A program made the translations under genes and the position numbers. Shown here piece after piece: positions 35,291 through 47,301 of a stretch of 64,000 bases of DNA. The DNA comes from Eukaryota sp. GEM-RC1. Taxonomy: Eukaryota. The stretch lies in assembly GCA_040285855.1 (NCBI GenBank), contig JAUFOQ010000005.1:1736001-1800000 (forward strand), given 5' to 3'. The first letter of the stretch is position 1. Each line of letters begins with the position of its first letter. The notes beneath the pieces are model-generated. The model saw only the letters and a program-made list of their open reading frames with translations. It had not been told where the DNA came from and searched no databases.

Positions 35291-37723
35291 ATTACGGGAG
35301 GCAGGCGAAGGAGCTACAGCAGTGGATCGTTTGTAGGTCAGCCAGATACCTTTGACTTCGTTAAAGAATTGAGGGAGGAGGCTATCATCCGTCTTCAGTT
35401 GTTGGTCCCAACGAACATGTAGCTCATTCAGAGGTACAATATCCTGATTGGGGTTTAACGTGGACAAGACCACATCAGCGACAGTGTAAGCATGAAGATG
35501 CTCTCTTTGGGCAGAATCACTTGAGAGGGATGGAATGGCCATAGAACACTTCAGCACTACGATGATGTTGCAGAGATACTTCTCGATGCATTCAAGGGGT
35601 CTTTGGCTCTGCCTAAGCGTACAGCTCTTAAGGCATTCGAGGCTGCAGTGGTAGAAGAGTATTGACTCTTGTCCACTAACAACCGCCAGATGGATTGTTC
35701 AAGAACAGCAGTACTATTACTGTCGGTGATTGTATCCATCATCCTCCAGGTGGAGAGAGTTGTCTGATCGATGAACTCGCTTACCCCTTCTGGGTCCACC
35801 TCACACAAGGCTGTCCTAGCAAAATCAAACTTATTTCGCGGGTAACCAAGCCAAGTGTCGAAACTTTTGTGTTCTTGCTGTTTTCGTTTGTGCACCGCCC
35901 AATGGCTGAAATCATGCAAGAAGGACACTACTTCAGGTCGTTCATCGTTCTTGAGAAACGGACTGTTCTTCTTGGAATCTTTCTTGGACTTCTTCTTAAT
36001 CTTTTGAGTAACACTAGAAGAAAGGATCGGAGTATCATGAAGGACGTTAGCACGACGTTCGTCTTCAGAGGATGAGCTTGATAGGTCAATGTGATCTTCA
36101 ATGGAAGGTGACAGATCGGCTATCAATTTTGATTGATGTTCTGCATCCAATCGTTTCTGTTTAGCTTTGGCAATCAATCTAGCAGCACGTTCTTTTCTAG
36201 CTTTCAGCAGGTCATCTTTGTGGATCACTGATGAATCGGCATTGTTGTGACCTTGGGCGAAAGCGGCTGGTTTGCGGTACACATTCTCATGCTCCATACG
36301 GGCTACGTAGCGCGTACTAGCATTCTCTTCGTCGAATTTGGCGGTTGATTCGTCATTTCTGGACCTGAAGCCTTCATCGTCAATTGAAAATCTATCGACG
36401 ACTTCAGGATGTTCTACCTCACCAGGAGTTACAGGAGTAAGGCGTTCAGTTCGGCTTAGCTCGTCTTGGTTAGGCGTTACAGTTCCAACCTCACTTAGAG
36501 CACCAGCTGCAAGTGGGAGAACTCTCTGGGAACCACCAATACCGTTGAAGGGTATAATTCGAGTAGAGTCGACATCTGGGGCTTCTAACCTAGAATTGCC
36601 ATCACGGAAAGAAGACACTAGCAGATGGGAGTACTTGTGGTTAGGAGATAACCATTTAGTACTAATAGCAACGTTGTGGTAGATCTGGGACTGGTTGTTA
36701 AGGCAGTGTTGATACCACGCAGTATACTCATACGTAACATTTAGGCCGTCAGAGCTGAATTTGGGTTCGAGGGGCTCAATGATGATACCATGTCTTGGAT
36801 CCCAGGAACTGTCTGAGGGGAAACGGTACGTGTCTCCAGCATCCCTGTTGTATAACCCACCTAAGAATTGTTCGATTAGGGAAGGATTGATACCAGGTGG
36901 AACGTTCCTCAGCAAGTAATGACTACTTGGTGGCATGCGGTTCCTGATGACTGGATGCCATGGACGGAATTTCGCAAGGAGCCACATGTCAGCATCAGAG
37001 ATTGAAACGTTCTGATCATGTGGAGTTACCCATGGGATTAGTCTGTCGGGTATAGCGTCTCGATGGAAACCTATACCGTTAGACTCAACAAGTCTTTCTA
37101 CTTCACGAGCGCGATCTTCAGGAGACATACGCATACGTAAAGCTTGTTGTTCCTGTTCAACACGAAGCTTCTTCTCTGCTTCGGCTCTCATGGTCTTTTC
37201 TCTAGTTAAGGATTCTTGTAAAACTTGAATTGCCCTAACTACAGCAGGATCCCTCTCTGGAGGAACTACTGTGTCCATACTATCATCTACTAATACATTC
37301 TCTTTATTATTTGAACTATTTGAAGAATTACTATTTGAAGGAGGAAAGGAAGGAGGAGGTCCATCTCGTACTACAATGGGTCCTTCTTGTTGAAGCGACG
37401 CATTGGAGGAGACTCCTTCCGCAGGAGTGAACTTGCTCAACAACCTTTCAACGTCGAGAGCAGGAAGAACATTCCTTTGATTGCCGCCAGCCTTATAGAC
37501 TGGGGGTCTTACACCATCCTTGATGCCGCCAGGACTTGGGGGACTTACACCATTAGTTTCACCGCCACTGGGTGGGGATCCACTATTCCGCCACTGGGTG
37601 GGGACTTCGAATGCCCGAAGGACTTACATCGGATGAGCTGTCAGAGCATGACTCTGAGCTGGAGTTAGATTCAGACTCTTCACTAGAAGAGCTGGGAACG
37701 GGAACGGGTCTTCTTTTAACCAT
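35279..37723 (-). pseudogene. Gypsy gag, copy 1, frameshifted at homopolymers
   Basis: ATG at 37723, 20 nt inside the 5' LTR boundary; ORFs 35557-37443 and 35279-35557; position upstream of pol. Confidence 0.8.
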
Positions 37724-37743
37724 AACAAACAGACAATAATTAT

Positions 37744-37841
37744 TGATACCAGAAGGTATGGGTAAAGAATGGGGGAAGGTAAAAGGTGTTTATAAAGTGA
37801 AATAACTGACTACGTAACCATACTAATACCTTTGGCTAACA
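37744..37841 (-). repeat. 5' LTR (98 bp) of gypsy copy 1
   Basis: Identical to 31050-31147; contains TATAAA on the minus strand. Confidence 0.95.
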
Positions 37842-40147
37842 TTGTTTCGTTTTTTAACTTCAATATTTTGTACTTTACTTCCAAACAAGACCCGATTGTG
37901 TTGTTTTATGTATTTAATTATAAAAGTATTATTTTATGACAGTTGTTACTATTTGTTTTTTTTGTCTAATGTTTCTAATTGTGTCGATAATGAAAAAACA
38001 AAAACGGTGACTAAAGTTTTGAAGGACAATTTTACTACTACTGCACTCTTCACAACCAATTAGTCTGAATTCATAATGAGTCTGTATCATTTATAAGTCT
38101 GAATCAGACTAATTATTGTTTGACCTCGTGAGGAGTGTTCATTACGGTTCAGTTAAATGGTGTTGTAGCCCTTTTTCAACTTTTGTTCCTAGACACTTTG
38201 ACTTACTTGACGTATTCAGTCCGTTTCATCCATTATTAGCACTTGCGCGAAAGACAATTCGGCCACATATCAGTTTTTAAGAGGTACTGCGGTGGCGGAT
38301 CAGTCCTGTTTGTGGATGTCTTTGGTATTCATCCACTATTTAAGGTGTTCGTCACCAGATCTTTGTTAGACAGATAAAGCAGAATCTGAAAATCCGTAAC
38401 TATAACAAACTGGTTAAGTCTGACACTTTTTTTATAATGTGGAGGTATTTTAAGTTGATGAGCGAACAATTACAAATTGTATAATACACTGTCCAAAAAG
38501 ATGAAACTCTTCATACACCCCATTTTGCTTACTTTTGTTTAGTGTATATCCATGATTCTTGAAATAAACCGATTTTGAAGTATTTCTCTCTCTTTCATCG
38601 AGGTTTTACCCTCCTGATCTACTCATTGTCTTCACTTCAACCAGAGTTTGCTGTTTTTGAAAGGTATCATGTGTAACAATAACCGATCTTTACACACAAC
38701 GAAGTTTTTTTTGAGGTGACCTGGATTATATCATTGATTTGCACAGCTTACACACATCAATGTAATGGAGGTGCAACGATACAGTAGAAGTGATGTCCGT
38801 CTATTCAGAGTAATTGTTAACGAAAGAGTTTTCACCATGTTAGATCTATTTTCATCTATAGTAGTTATTGACATGCAACTCAGATCATTAATTTCAGCCT
38901 TTTAGCCCGCGCCTATTTTGAAGACGAAATATATGAGTCAAACAACTCGTCAGCATCTAATATGTTACTTAAGTAAAATGTATAATACAAAATTTTAGAA
39001 ACATATGCTAGGATGGTTTCTTTATCATGAGCACGTCCAAATTGAGTGTATATTGGTATGTTAGTGTAGAGAACATTTGCAACATCATATCAATTGTTAA
39101 AGATAGACTTTCCTTCAGTTAATGATAAACTAATGGTTGTTGATGTGATTAATGTTGATGTTTGCAAAAAAGTGCATTTACGCATACTGACAATGAAGTT
39201 TCTCCACTTCATTTTTCACAACAATTCAAGAGAAACAAATATGATATTCCCCGGACTGTTCTCAAACACAAAGAGAAAGTTTTTGTTATTGGAAGAAGAA
39301 AAAAAGGCAACCAGGACAAAGGACACAGTTGAATGATTTTAAACGTTTTACTACGAGTTCAATATTATATGATGTTGTTTCAATGACAATTCTCCAAGAA
39401 TGTTTCATGTAGGATGAAAAGAATTCGCTCACAGTAACGCTATTCTTCTGAATAGAGAATTCTTGGTTATAAAACCAAGTGGGGATACAGATTAAAGTAA
39501 GATTGAGGATTTCAAGGGAAAATCGAACCAATTTTAAATATCTTTGTCTAACTCAATTATAAGAAACAAGAGCAGAAGTCATTTGATCGGTTCTTGGTTG
39601 TTCTCTCAGGAAATAATTGTGGACTTTACTAAGGTTGATCCGTGTAACTCAACTTCTGTTAACAGAATTTTAGACGAAAACTATTCATCTCTTGAAACTG
39701 TTCAAAAGAAAAAAGACAGATCGTTATGTTGAATTAATTTCCAAGATTAATTCTCGCCGACACAATCCTTTTGTTTTGCATTCTTTTGCTATTTCTCTTT
39801 ATGGGACGTTTTGCTTCTCGGTCAACAATTTCTCACAGATTTTGGCAGATTGTGTAAGCAATATGGAAAGAATTTTAATGAAAGTTACTGGAGAGGAAGG
39901 TTGTCGTTTTCCCTTTTCAAAGCATTGTCTGGGTATTTTGATTCGATTTTGAACCATCTTTTGCATTGAGACATGAATTTGAGATGATGTAGAGGGATTG
40001 GTATCGCATTTATTGATATTGATGATACATTGTAGTTTGTATTTGTATGAGTACTAGTAAATAACATGCGTTTTCAGATTGTACTAATAATAGAAAGTCC
40101 TCATTTCTTAGACCTTTAATAGTCAACCCACGCTCTGATCCTTTAAA

Positions 40148-42448
40148 ATGAGTCGTTCGCTCCCTTCCACTGTCTCCTGTGTGGTGTCTAACTGTGATGA
40201 ACTGTCGATATTAGCTTCATCCACACATCCTCCCTCTAAACGCATCCATGCTCAGCAGACTTTATTGGTTCTCATCCATCTCCACTTGCTGAGACGTCTT
40301 CTCAAGCGTACTTTCGAAGGTAATCATGATGGAACTAATCCTCAGCTCAGAGGTTTAAAAACAGCATTACCTACATTCTTTGGACAAGTTGGTTATGTAA
40401 GTCACCACTTCCTCGATTCTTCATTCCAAGCAGTTAAAGTGTATTTTCAATTAAACACCTTTCATGCTGATCTTGAACAGCTTTCCAAACTAATTTCACT
40501 TGCTTCTTTTTTTGGAGTGGATCAACAATCTGTTTTCTTACACTCTGGCGAAACTTTTGAACCTGAGAAGTTTCTTAGTTATTCTGGTATAATTACAGGA
40601 TTGAGAATCGTACTAGTAGAACCCTCTGATTTAGAGTTTCTAAATAATTCTTCTTCTTTATTTCCACGTCTTAAGCAGCTAGAAGTAGAAGTAACGAGAC
40701 GAAACACCTCTGTTTCTATGTTATTGATTGAAGCGTTGAAAACCAATACCACAGTTACAGGTATTGATCTGAGATACAACTATATTGGAGCTGAAGGTGC
40801 CCAAGCTTTGGCAGAGGCGTTGAAAGTTAATGCTTCAGTTACAAGTATTGATCTGACAAACAACTATATTGGAGCTGAAGGTGCCCGAGCTTTGGCAGAT
40901 GCGTTGAAAGTTAATGCTTCAGTTACAAGTATTGATCTTCGTACAAACCGTATCGGAGATGAAGCTGCCAGAGCTTTGGCAGAGACGTTGAAAGTTAATG
41001 CTTCAATTACAAGTATTGATCTGTGTTACAACTCTATTGGAGATGAAGGTGCCCGAGCTTTGGCAGAGGCGTTGAAAGTAAATGCTTCAATTACAAGTAT
41101 TGATCTAAGTTGCAGCTCTATTGGAGCTGAAGGTGCTAGAGCTTTGGCAGAGGCGTTAAATGTTAATACTTCAGTTACAAGTGTTAATCTAACTAGCAAG
41201 TATATTGGAGCTGAAGGTGCTAGAGCTTTGGCTTATGCGTTGACAGTTAATGCTTCAATTACAAGTATTGATCTAAGTGGCAACTCTATTGGAGCTGAAG
41301 GTGCTAGAGCTTTGGCAGAGGCGTTAAATGTTAATACTTCAGTTACAAGTGTTAATCTAACTAGCAACTATATTCGAGCTGAAGGTGCTAGAGCTTTGGC
41401 AGAGGCGTTAAATGTTAATACTTCAGTTACAAGTATTTATCTGAGCTCCAACACTATTGGTGATGAAGGTGCCAGAGCTTTGGCAGAGGCGTTGAAAGTC
41501 AATGCTTCAGTTACAAGTGTTAAACTGATTTACAACTCTATTGGAGATGAAGGTGCCAGAGCTTTGGCAGAGGCGTTGAAAGTCAATGCTTCAGTTACAA
41601 GTGTTAAACTGATTTACAACTCTATTGGAGATGAAGGTGCCAGAGCTTTGGCAGAGGCGTTAAATGTTAATACTTCAGTTACAAGTGTTAATCTAACTAG
41701 CAACTATATTGGAGCTGAAGGTGTTAGAGCTTTGGCAGAGGCGTTAAAGGTTAATGCTTCAGTTACAAGTATTTATCTCAGCTCCAACACTATTGGTGAT
41801 GAAGGTGCCAGAGCTTTGGCAGATGCGTTGAAAGTCAATGCTTCAGTTACAAGTGTTAAACTGATTTACAACTCTATTGGAGATGAAGGTGCCCGAGCTT
41901 TGGCAGAGGCGTTGAAAGTCAATGCTTCAGTTACAAGTGTTAAACTGATTTACAACTCTATTGGAGATGAAGGTGCCAGAGCTTTGGCAGAGGCGTTAAA
42001 TGTTAATACTTCAGTTACAAGTGTTAATCTAACTAGCAACTATATTGGAGCTGAAGGTGTTAGAGCTTTGGCAGAGGCGTTAAAGGTTAATGCTTCAGTT
42101 ACAAGTATTTATCTCAGCTCCAACACTATTGGTGATGAAGGTGCCAGAGCTTTGGCAGATGCGTTGAAAGTGAATGCTTCAGTTACAAGAATTGATCTAG
42201 GTGGAACCTCTATTGAAGATGAAGGTGCCAGAGCTTTGGCAGAGGCGTTGAAAGTGAATGCTTCAATTACAGGTGTTGATCTAAACGAAAACTTAATTAG
42301 AGCTGAAGGTGCTAGAGCTTTGGCAGAGGCGTTGAAAGTTAATACTTCAGTTAAAAGTATTGATCTAAGATACAACGATATTGGAGATGAAGGTGCCAGA
42401 GCTTTGGCAGAGGCGTTGAAAGTTAATACCATAGTTCACATACATTAA
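40148..42448 (+). CDS. LRR gene E, intact, 20 LRRs
   Basis: 766-aa ORF, exactly 6x28 aa longer than gene F. Confidence 0.93.
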   Translation: MSRSLPSTVSCVVSNCDELSILASSTHPPSKRIHAQQTLLVLIHLHLLRRLLKRTFEGNHDGTNPQLRGLKTALPTFFGQVGYVSHHFLDSSFQAVKVYFQLNTFHADLEQLSKLISLASFFGVDQQSVFLHSGETFEPEKFLSYSGIITGLRIVLVEPSDLEFLNNSSSLFPRLKQLEVEVTRRNTSVSMLLIEALKTNTTVTGIDLRYNYIGAEGAQALAEALKVNASVTSIDLTNNYIGAEGARALADALKVNASVTSIDLRTNRIGDEAARALAETLKVNASITSIDLCYNSIGDEGARALAEALKVNASITSIDLSCSSIGAEGARALAEALNVNTSVTSVNLTSKYIGAEGARALAYALTVNASITSIDLSGNSIGAEGARALAEALNVNTSVTSVNLTSNYIRAEGARALAEALNVNTSVTSIYLSSNTIGDEGARALAEALKVNASVTSVKLIYNSIGDEGARALAEALKVNASVTSVKLIYNSIGDEGARALAEALNVNTSVTSVNLTSNYIGAEGVRALAEALKVNASVTSIYLSSNTIGDEGARALADALKVNASVTSVKLIYNSIGDEGARALAEALKVNASVTSVKLIYNSIGDEGARALAEALNVNTSVTSVNLTSNYIGAEGVRALAEALKVNASVTSIYLSSNTIGDEGARALADALKVNASVTRIDLGGTSIEDEGARALAEALKVNASITGVDLNENLIRAEGARALAEALKVNTSVKSIDLRYNDIGDEGARALAEALKVNTIVHIH

Positions 42449-45400
42449 ATACCTGTACGTATATAGTATATTTTTGTTATCGTCTATACACAATTTTTAT
42501 CAGGTTATCAAAGTACATGTACTTAAAAAAGAGGATTCAGTCCTGTTATTTAAAATGAGAATCTGAATCAATTTCCACAAAGACCAAAACATAATGTTGT
42601 TTACAATCACAACTGTAGAACAGAATCAGTACGATATCGTATCTATATTTTGTCTCATTCTCTAGAAGTTCGCGTCTTTTCAATTCCCTAAGTCATTTAG
42701 TTATATAACTTCTTGGTTTATATTTTCTAGTCAAACTATACAACAACGAAAACCGAAACCCGTGTAAGTCAATGTTCTGTAGTAACAAAGGAGATATCAT
42801 CAGCTCTACATCAACCTCACAAATGATCAATTGTTATAGTAATTGTTGTACATATAACAGTTGTTTGTTATTTACTTGAAGATACACCTACAGAGATCGT
42901 AAAATTGTATTTATTCCAGTTTTCACTTCGTTCCAGCCAGTGAAGGGTGTACTCTTTGTGCACTCCCCCAATCAAAACCACACGTCAGACCTCTTGAAAG
43001 AGAAGAATGGCTTCGTGTGTTCCAAAGAAGAAGAATAAGAAATGTAATGTTGATGTATGCAGGGGTGTCAATACAGGATTGGTTTTCCAATACTGCAATC
43101 AGTATAGCTCCAATAATTGCTGCCGTTATTTGATGTGGTTCAGCATTTAATGTAACTATCTGGAGATATTGGAGCATTGCCAATATACTTTGAGTTGATT
43201 GTTTCGTTTTTTAACTTCAATATTTTGTACTTTCCTTCAAACAAGACCCGATTGTGTTGTTTTATGTATTTAATTATAAAAGTATTATTTTATGACAGTT
43301 GTTACTATTTGTTTTTTTTGTCTAATGTTTCTAATTGTGTCGATAATGAAAAAACAAAAACGGTGACTAAAGTTTTGAAGGACAATTTTACTACTACTGC
43401 ACTCTTCACAAACAATTAGTCTGAATTCATAATGAGTTTGTTTCACTTATAAGTCTGAATCAGACTAATTATTGTTTGACCTCGTGAGGAGTGTTCATTA
43501 CGGTTCAGTTAAATGGTGTTGTAGCCCTTTTTCAACTTTTTGTTCCTAGACACTTTGACTTACTTGACGTATTCAGCCCGTGTCATCCATTATTAGCACT
43601 TGCTCGAAAGACAATTCGGCCACTTTTCAATTTTCAAGAGGTACTGCGGTAGCGGACCAGTTCTGTTTGTGGATGTCTTTGGTATTCATCCACTATTTAT
43701 GGTGTTCGTCACCAGATCTTTGTTAGACAAATAAGGCAGAATCTGAAAATCCGTAACTATAACAAACTGGTTAAGTCTGACACTTTTTTTTATAATGTGG
43801 AGGTATTTTAAGTTGATGAGCGAACAATTACAAATTGTATAATACACTGTCCAAAAAGGTGAAACTCTTCATACACCCCATTTTGCTTACCTTTGTTTAG
43901 TATATATCCATGATTCTCGAAATAAACCGATTTTGAAATATTTCTCTCTCTTTCATCGAGGTTTTACCCATCTGATCTACTCATTGTCTCTACTTAAACC
44001 AGAGTTTGCTGTTTTTGAGAGGTATCATGTGTAACAATAACCGATCTTTACACACAAAGAAGTTTTTTTTTGAGGTGCCCTGGATTATATCATTGATTTG
44101 CACAGCTTACATACATCATTGCAATGGAGGTGCAACGATACAGTAGAAGTGATGTCCGTCTATTCAGAGTGATTGTTAACGAAAGAGTTTTCACCATGTT
44201 AGATCTATTTTCATGTATAGTAGTTGTAGACATGCAACTCAGATCATAAATTTCAGCCTTTTAGCCCGCGCCTACTTTGAAGACGAAATATATGAGTCAA
44301 ACAACTCATCAGCATCTAATATGACACTTAAGTAAAATGTGAAGTACACCATTTCAGAACCATATTCTAGGATGGTTTCTATATCATGAGCAAATATAAA
44401 TTGGGTGTATATTGTGATTTTATTGTAGAGAACATTTGCAACATCATATCAATTGTTTAAGCTAGATTTTGTATCAATCAATGATGACCTGACGGTTATT
44501 GATCTGATTACTGTTGATGGTTGCAAAAAAGTGCATTTAAGCATACTGACAATGAAGTTTCTCCACCTCATTTTTCACAACAATTCAAGAGAAACAAATA
44601 TGATATTCCCCCGACTGTTCTCAAACACAAAGAGAAAGTTTTTGTTATTGGAAGAAGAAAAAAGGCAACCAGGACAAAGGACACAGTTGAATGATTTTAA
44701 ACGTTTTACCACGAGTTCAATATTATATGATGTTGTTTCAATGTCAATTATCCAAGAATGTTTCATGTAGGATGAAAAGAATTCGCTCACAGTAACGCTA
44801 TTCTTCTGAATAGAGAATTCTTGGTTATAAAACCAAGTGGGGATACAGATTAAAGTAAGATTGAGGATTTCAAGGGAAAATCGAACCAATTTTAAATATC
44901 TTTGTCTAACTCAATTATAAGAAACAAGAGCAGAAGTCATTTGATCGGTTCTTGGTTGTTCTCTCAGGAAATAATTGTGGACTTTACTAAGGTTGATCCG
45001 TGTAACTCAACTTCTGTTAACAGAATTTTAGACGAAAACTATTCATCTCTTGAAACTGTTCAAAAGAAAAAGACAGATCGTTATGTTGAATTAATTTCCA
45101 AGATTAATTCTCGCCGACACAATCCTTTTGTTTTGCATTCTTTTGCTATTTCTCTTTATGGGACGTTTGGCTTCTCGGTCAACAATTTCTCACAGATTTT
45201 GGCAGATTGTGTAAGCAGTATGGAAAGAATTTTAATGAAAGTTACTGGAGAGGAAGGTTGTCGTTTTCCCTTTTCAAAGCATTGTTTAGGTATTTTGATT
45301 CGATTTTGAACCATCTTTTGCATTGAGACATGAATTTGAGATGATGTAGAGGGATTGGTATCGCATTTATTGATATTGATGATACATTGTAGTTTGTATT

Positions 45401-45504
45401 TGTATGAGTACTAGTAAATAACATGCGTTTTCAGATTATACTAATAATAGAAAGTCCTCATTTCTTTGACCATCAATAGTCAACCCACGCTCTGATCCTT
45501 TGAT

Positions 45505-47301
45505 ATGAGTCGTTCGCTCCCTTCCACTGTCTCCTGTGTGGTGTCTAACTGTGATGAACTGTCGATATTAGCTTCATCCACTCCTCCTCCCTCTAAACGC
45601 ATCCATGCTCAGCAGACTTTATTGGTTCTCATCCATCTCCACTTGCTGAGACGTCTTCTCAAGCGTAATTTTGAAGATAATCATGATGGAACTAATCCTC
45701 AACTCGGAGGTTTAAAAACAGCATTACCTACATTCTTTGGACAAGTTGGTTATGTAAGTCACCACTTCCTCGATTCTTCATTCCAAGCAGTTAAAGTCTA
45801 TTTTCAATTACACACCTTTCATGCTGATCTTGAACACCTTCCCAAACTAATTTCACTTGCTTCTTTTTTTGGAGTGGATCAACAATCTGTTTTCTTACAC
45901 TCTGGCGAAACTTTTGAACTTGAGAAGTTTCTTAGTTATTCTGGTATAATTACAGGATTGAGAATCGTACTAGTAGAACCCTCTGATTTAGAGTTTCTAA
46001 ATAATTCTTCTTCTTTATTTCCACGTCTTAAGCAGCTAGAAGTAGAAGTAACAAGACGAAACACCTCTGTTTCTTTGTTATTGATTGAAGCGTTGAAAAC
46101 CAATACCACAGTTACAGGTATTGATCTGAGATACAACTATATTGGAGCTGAAGGTGCCCAAGCTTTGGCAGAGACGTTGAAAGTTAATGATTCAGTTACA
46201 AGTATTGATCTGACAAACAACTTAATTGGAGCTGAAGGTGCCCAAGCTTTGGCAGAGGCGTTGAAAGTTAATGCTTCAGTTACACGTATTGATCTTTGTA
46301 CAAACCGTATCGGAGATGAAGGTGCCAGAGCTTTGGCAGATGCGTTGAAAGTTAATGCTTCAGTTGTAAGTGTTGAGCTTCGTATAAACCGTGTCGGAGA
46401 TGAAGGTGCCCGAGCTTTGGCAGAGGCGTTGACAGTTAATACAACAATTACAAGTATTGATCTCAGTTGCAGCTCTATTGAAGCTGAAGGTGCTAGAGCT
46501 TTGGCAGATGCATTAAAGGTTAATGCTTCAGTTACAAATGTTAATCTAACTAGCAACTGTATTGGAGCTGAAGGTGCCAGAGCTTTGGCAGAGGCGTTGA
46601 AAGTTAATGCTTCAATTACAAGTATTGATCTAAGTTGCAGCTCTATTAGAGCTGAAGGTGCCAGAGCTTTGGCAGAGGCGTTAAAGGTTAATGCTTCAGT
46701 TACAAGTGTTATTCTAACTAGCAACAATATTGGTGATGAAGGTGCAAGAGCTTTGGCTTATGCGTTGACAGTTAATGCTTCAATTACAAGTATTGATTTA
46801 AGTTACAACTATATTGGAGCTGAAGGTGTTAGAGCTTTGGCAGAGGCGTTAAAGGTTAATGCTTCAGTTACAAGTATTTATCTCAACTCCAACACTATTG
46901 GTGATGAAGGTGCCAGAGCTTTGGCAGAGGCGTTGAAAGTGAATGCTTCAGTTACCAGTGTTGATCTAGGTGGAACCTCTATTGAAGATGAAGGTGTCAG
47001 AGCTTTGGCAGATGCCCTGAAAGTTAATGCTTCAATTACATGTGTTGATCTAAACGAAAACTTAATTAGAGATGAAGGTGCTAGAGCTTTGGCAGATGCA
47101 TTAAAAGTTAATGCGTCTGTTACAAGTATTGATCTAAGGAACAGCCACATTGGAGCTGAAGGTGCTAGAGCTTTGGCAGAGGCGTTGAAAGTTAATACTT
47201 CAGTTAAAAGTATTGATCTAAGATACAACGATATTGGAGATGAATGTGCCAGAGCTTTAGAAGAGACATTGAAAGTTAATACCATAGTTCACATAGATTA
47301 A
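45505..47301 (+). CDS. LRR gene F, intact, 14 LRRs
   Basis: 598-aa ORF; same module order as gene B. Confidence 0.93.
   Translation: MSRSLPSTVSCVVSNCDELSILASSTPPPSKRIHAQQTLLVLIHLHLLRRLLKRNFEDNHDGTNPQLGGLKTALPTFFGQVGYVSHHFLDSSFQAVKVYFQLHTFHADLEHLPKLISLASFFGVDQQSVFLHSGETFELEKFLSYSGIITGLRIVLVEPSDLEFLNNSSSLFPRLKQLEVEVTRRNTSVSLLLIEALKTNTTVTGIDLRYNYIGAEGAQALAETLKVNDSVTSIDLTNNLIGAEGAQALAEALKVNASVTRIDLCTNRIGDEGARALADALKVNASVVSVELRINRVGDEGARALAEALTVNTTITSIDLSCSSIEAEGARALADALKVNASVTNVNLTSNCIGAEGARALAEALKVNASITSIDLSCSSIRAEGARALAEALKVNASVTSVILTSNNIGDEGARALAYALTVNASITSIDLSYNYIGAEGVRALAEALKVNASVTSIYLNSNTIGDEGARALAEALKVNASVTSVDLGGTSIEDEGVRALADALKVNASITCVDLNENLIRDEGARALADALKVNASVTSIDLRNSHIGAEGARALAEALKVNTSVKSIDLRYNDIGDECARALEETLKVNTIVHID

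Larger units (their letters stand above)
31050..37841 (-). mobile_element. Ty3/gypsy (Metaviridae) LTR retrotransposon, copy 1, about 6.8 kb
   Basis: Identical 98-bp TG...CA LTRs, TTGT TSD (31046-31049, 37842-37845), order gag, NC, PR, RT, RNase H, integrase. Confidence 0.96.
23210..38751 (+). repeat. Copy 1 of a near-identical tandem segmental duplication (copy 2 about 48456-64000+)
   Basis: Constant offset of about 25246 (25101/50347, 31050/56295, 37744/62994); same gypsy insertion site and TSD. Left boundary approximate. Confidence 0.9.

Noticed and set aside
45754..45874. Possible intron GTAAGT...ACTAAT...poly-T GGAG that would hide the poly-T frameshifts
   Set aside because: It is 121 nt and splicing would leave the LRR frame; the acceptor is GAG rather than YAG; intact copies read through with conserved protein. 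RNA-seq would settle it.
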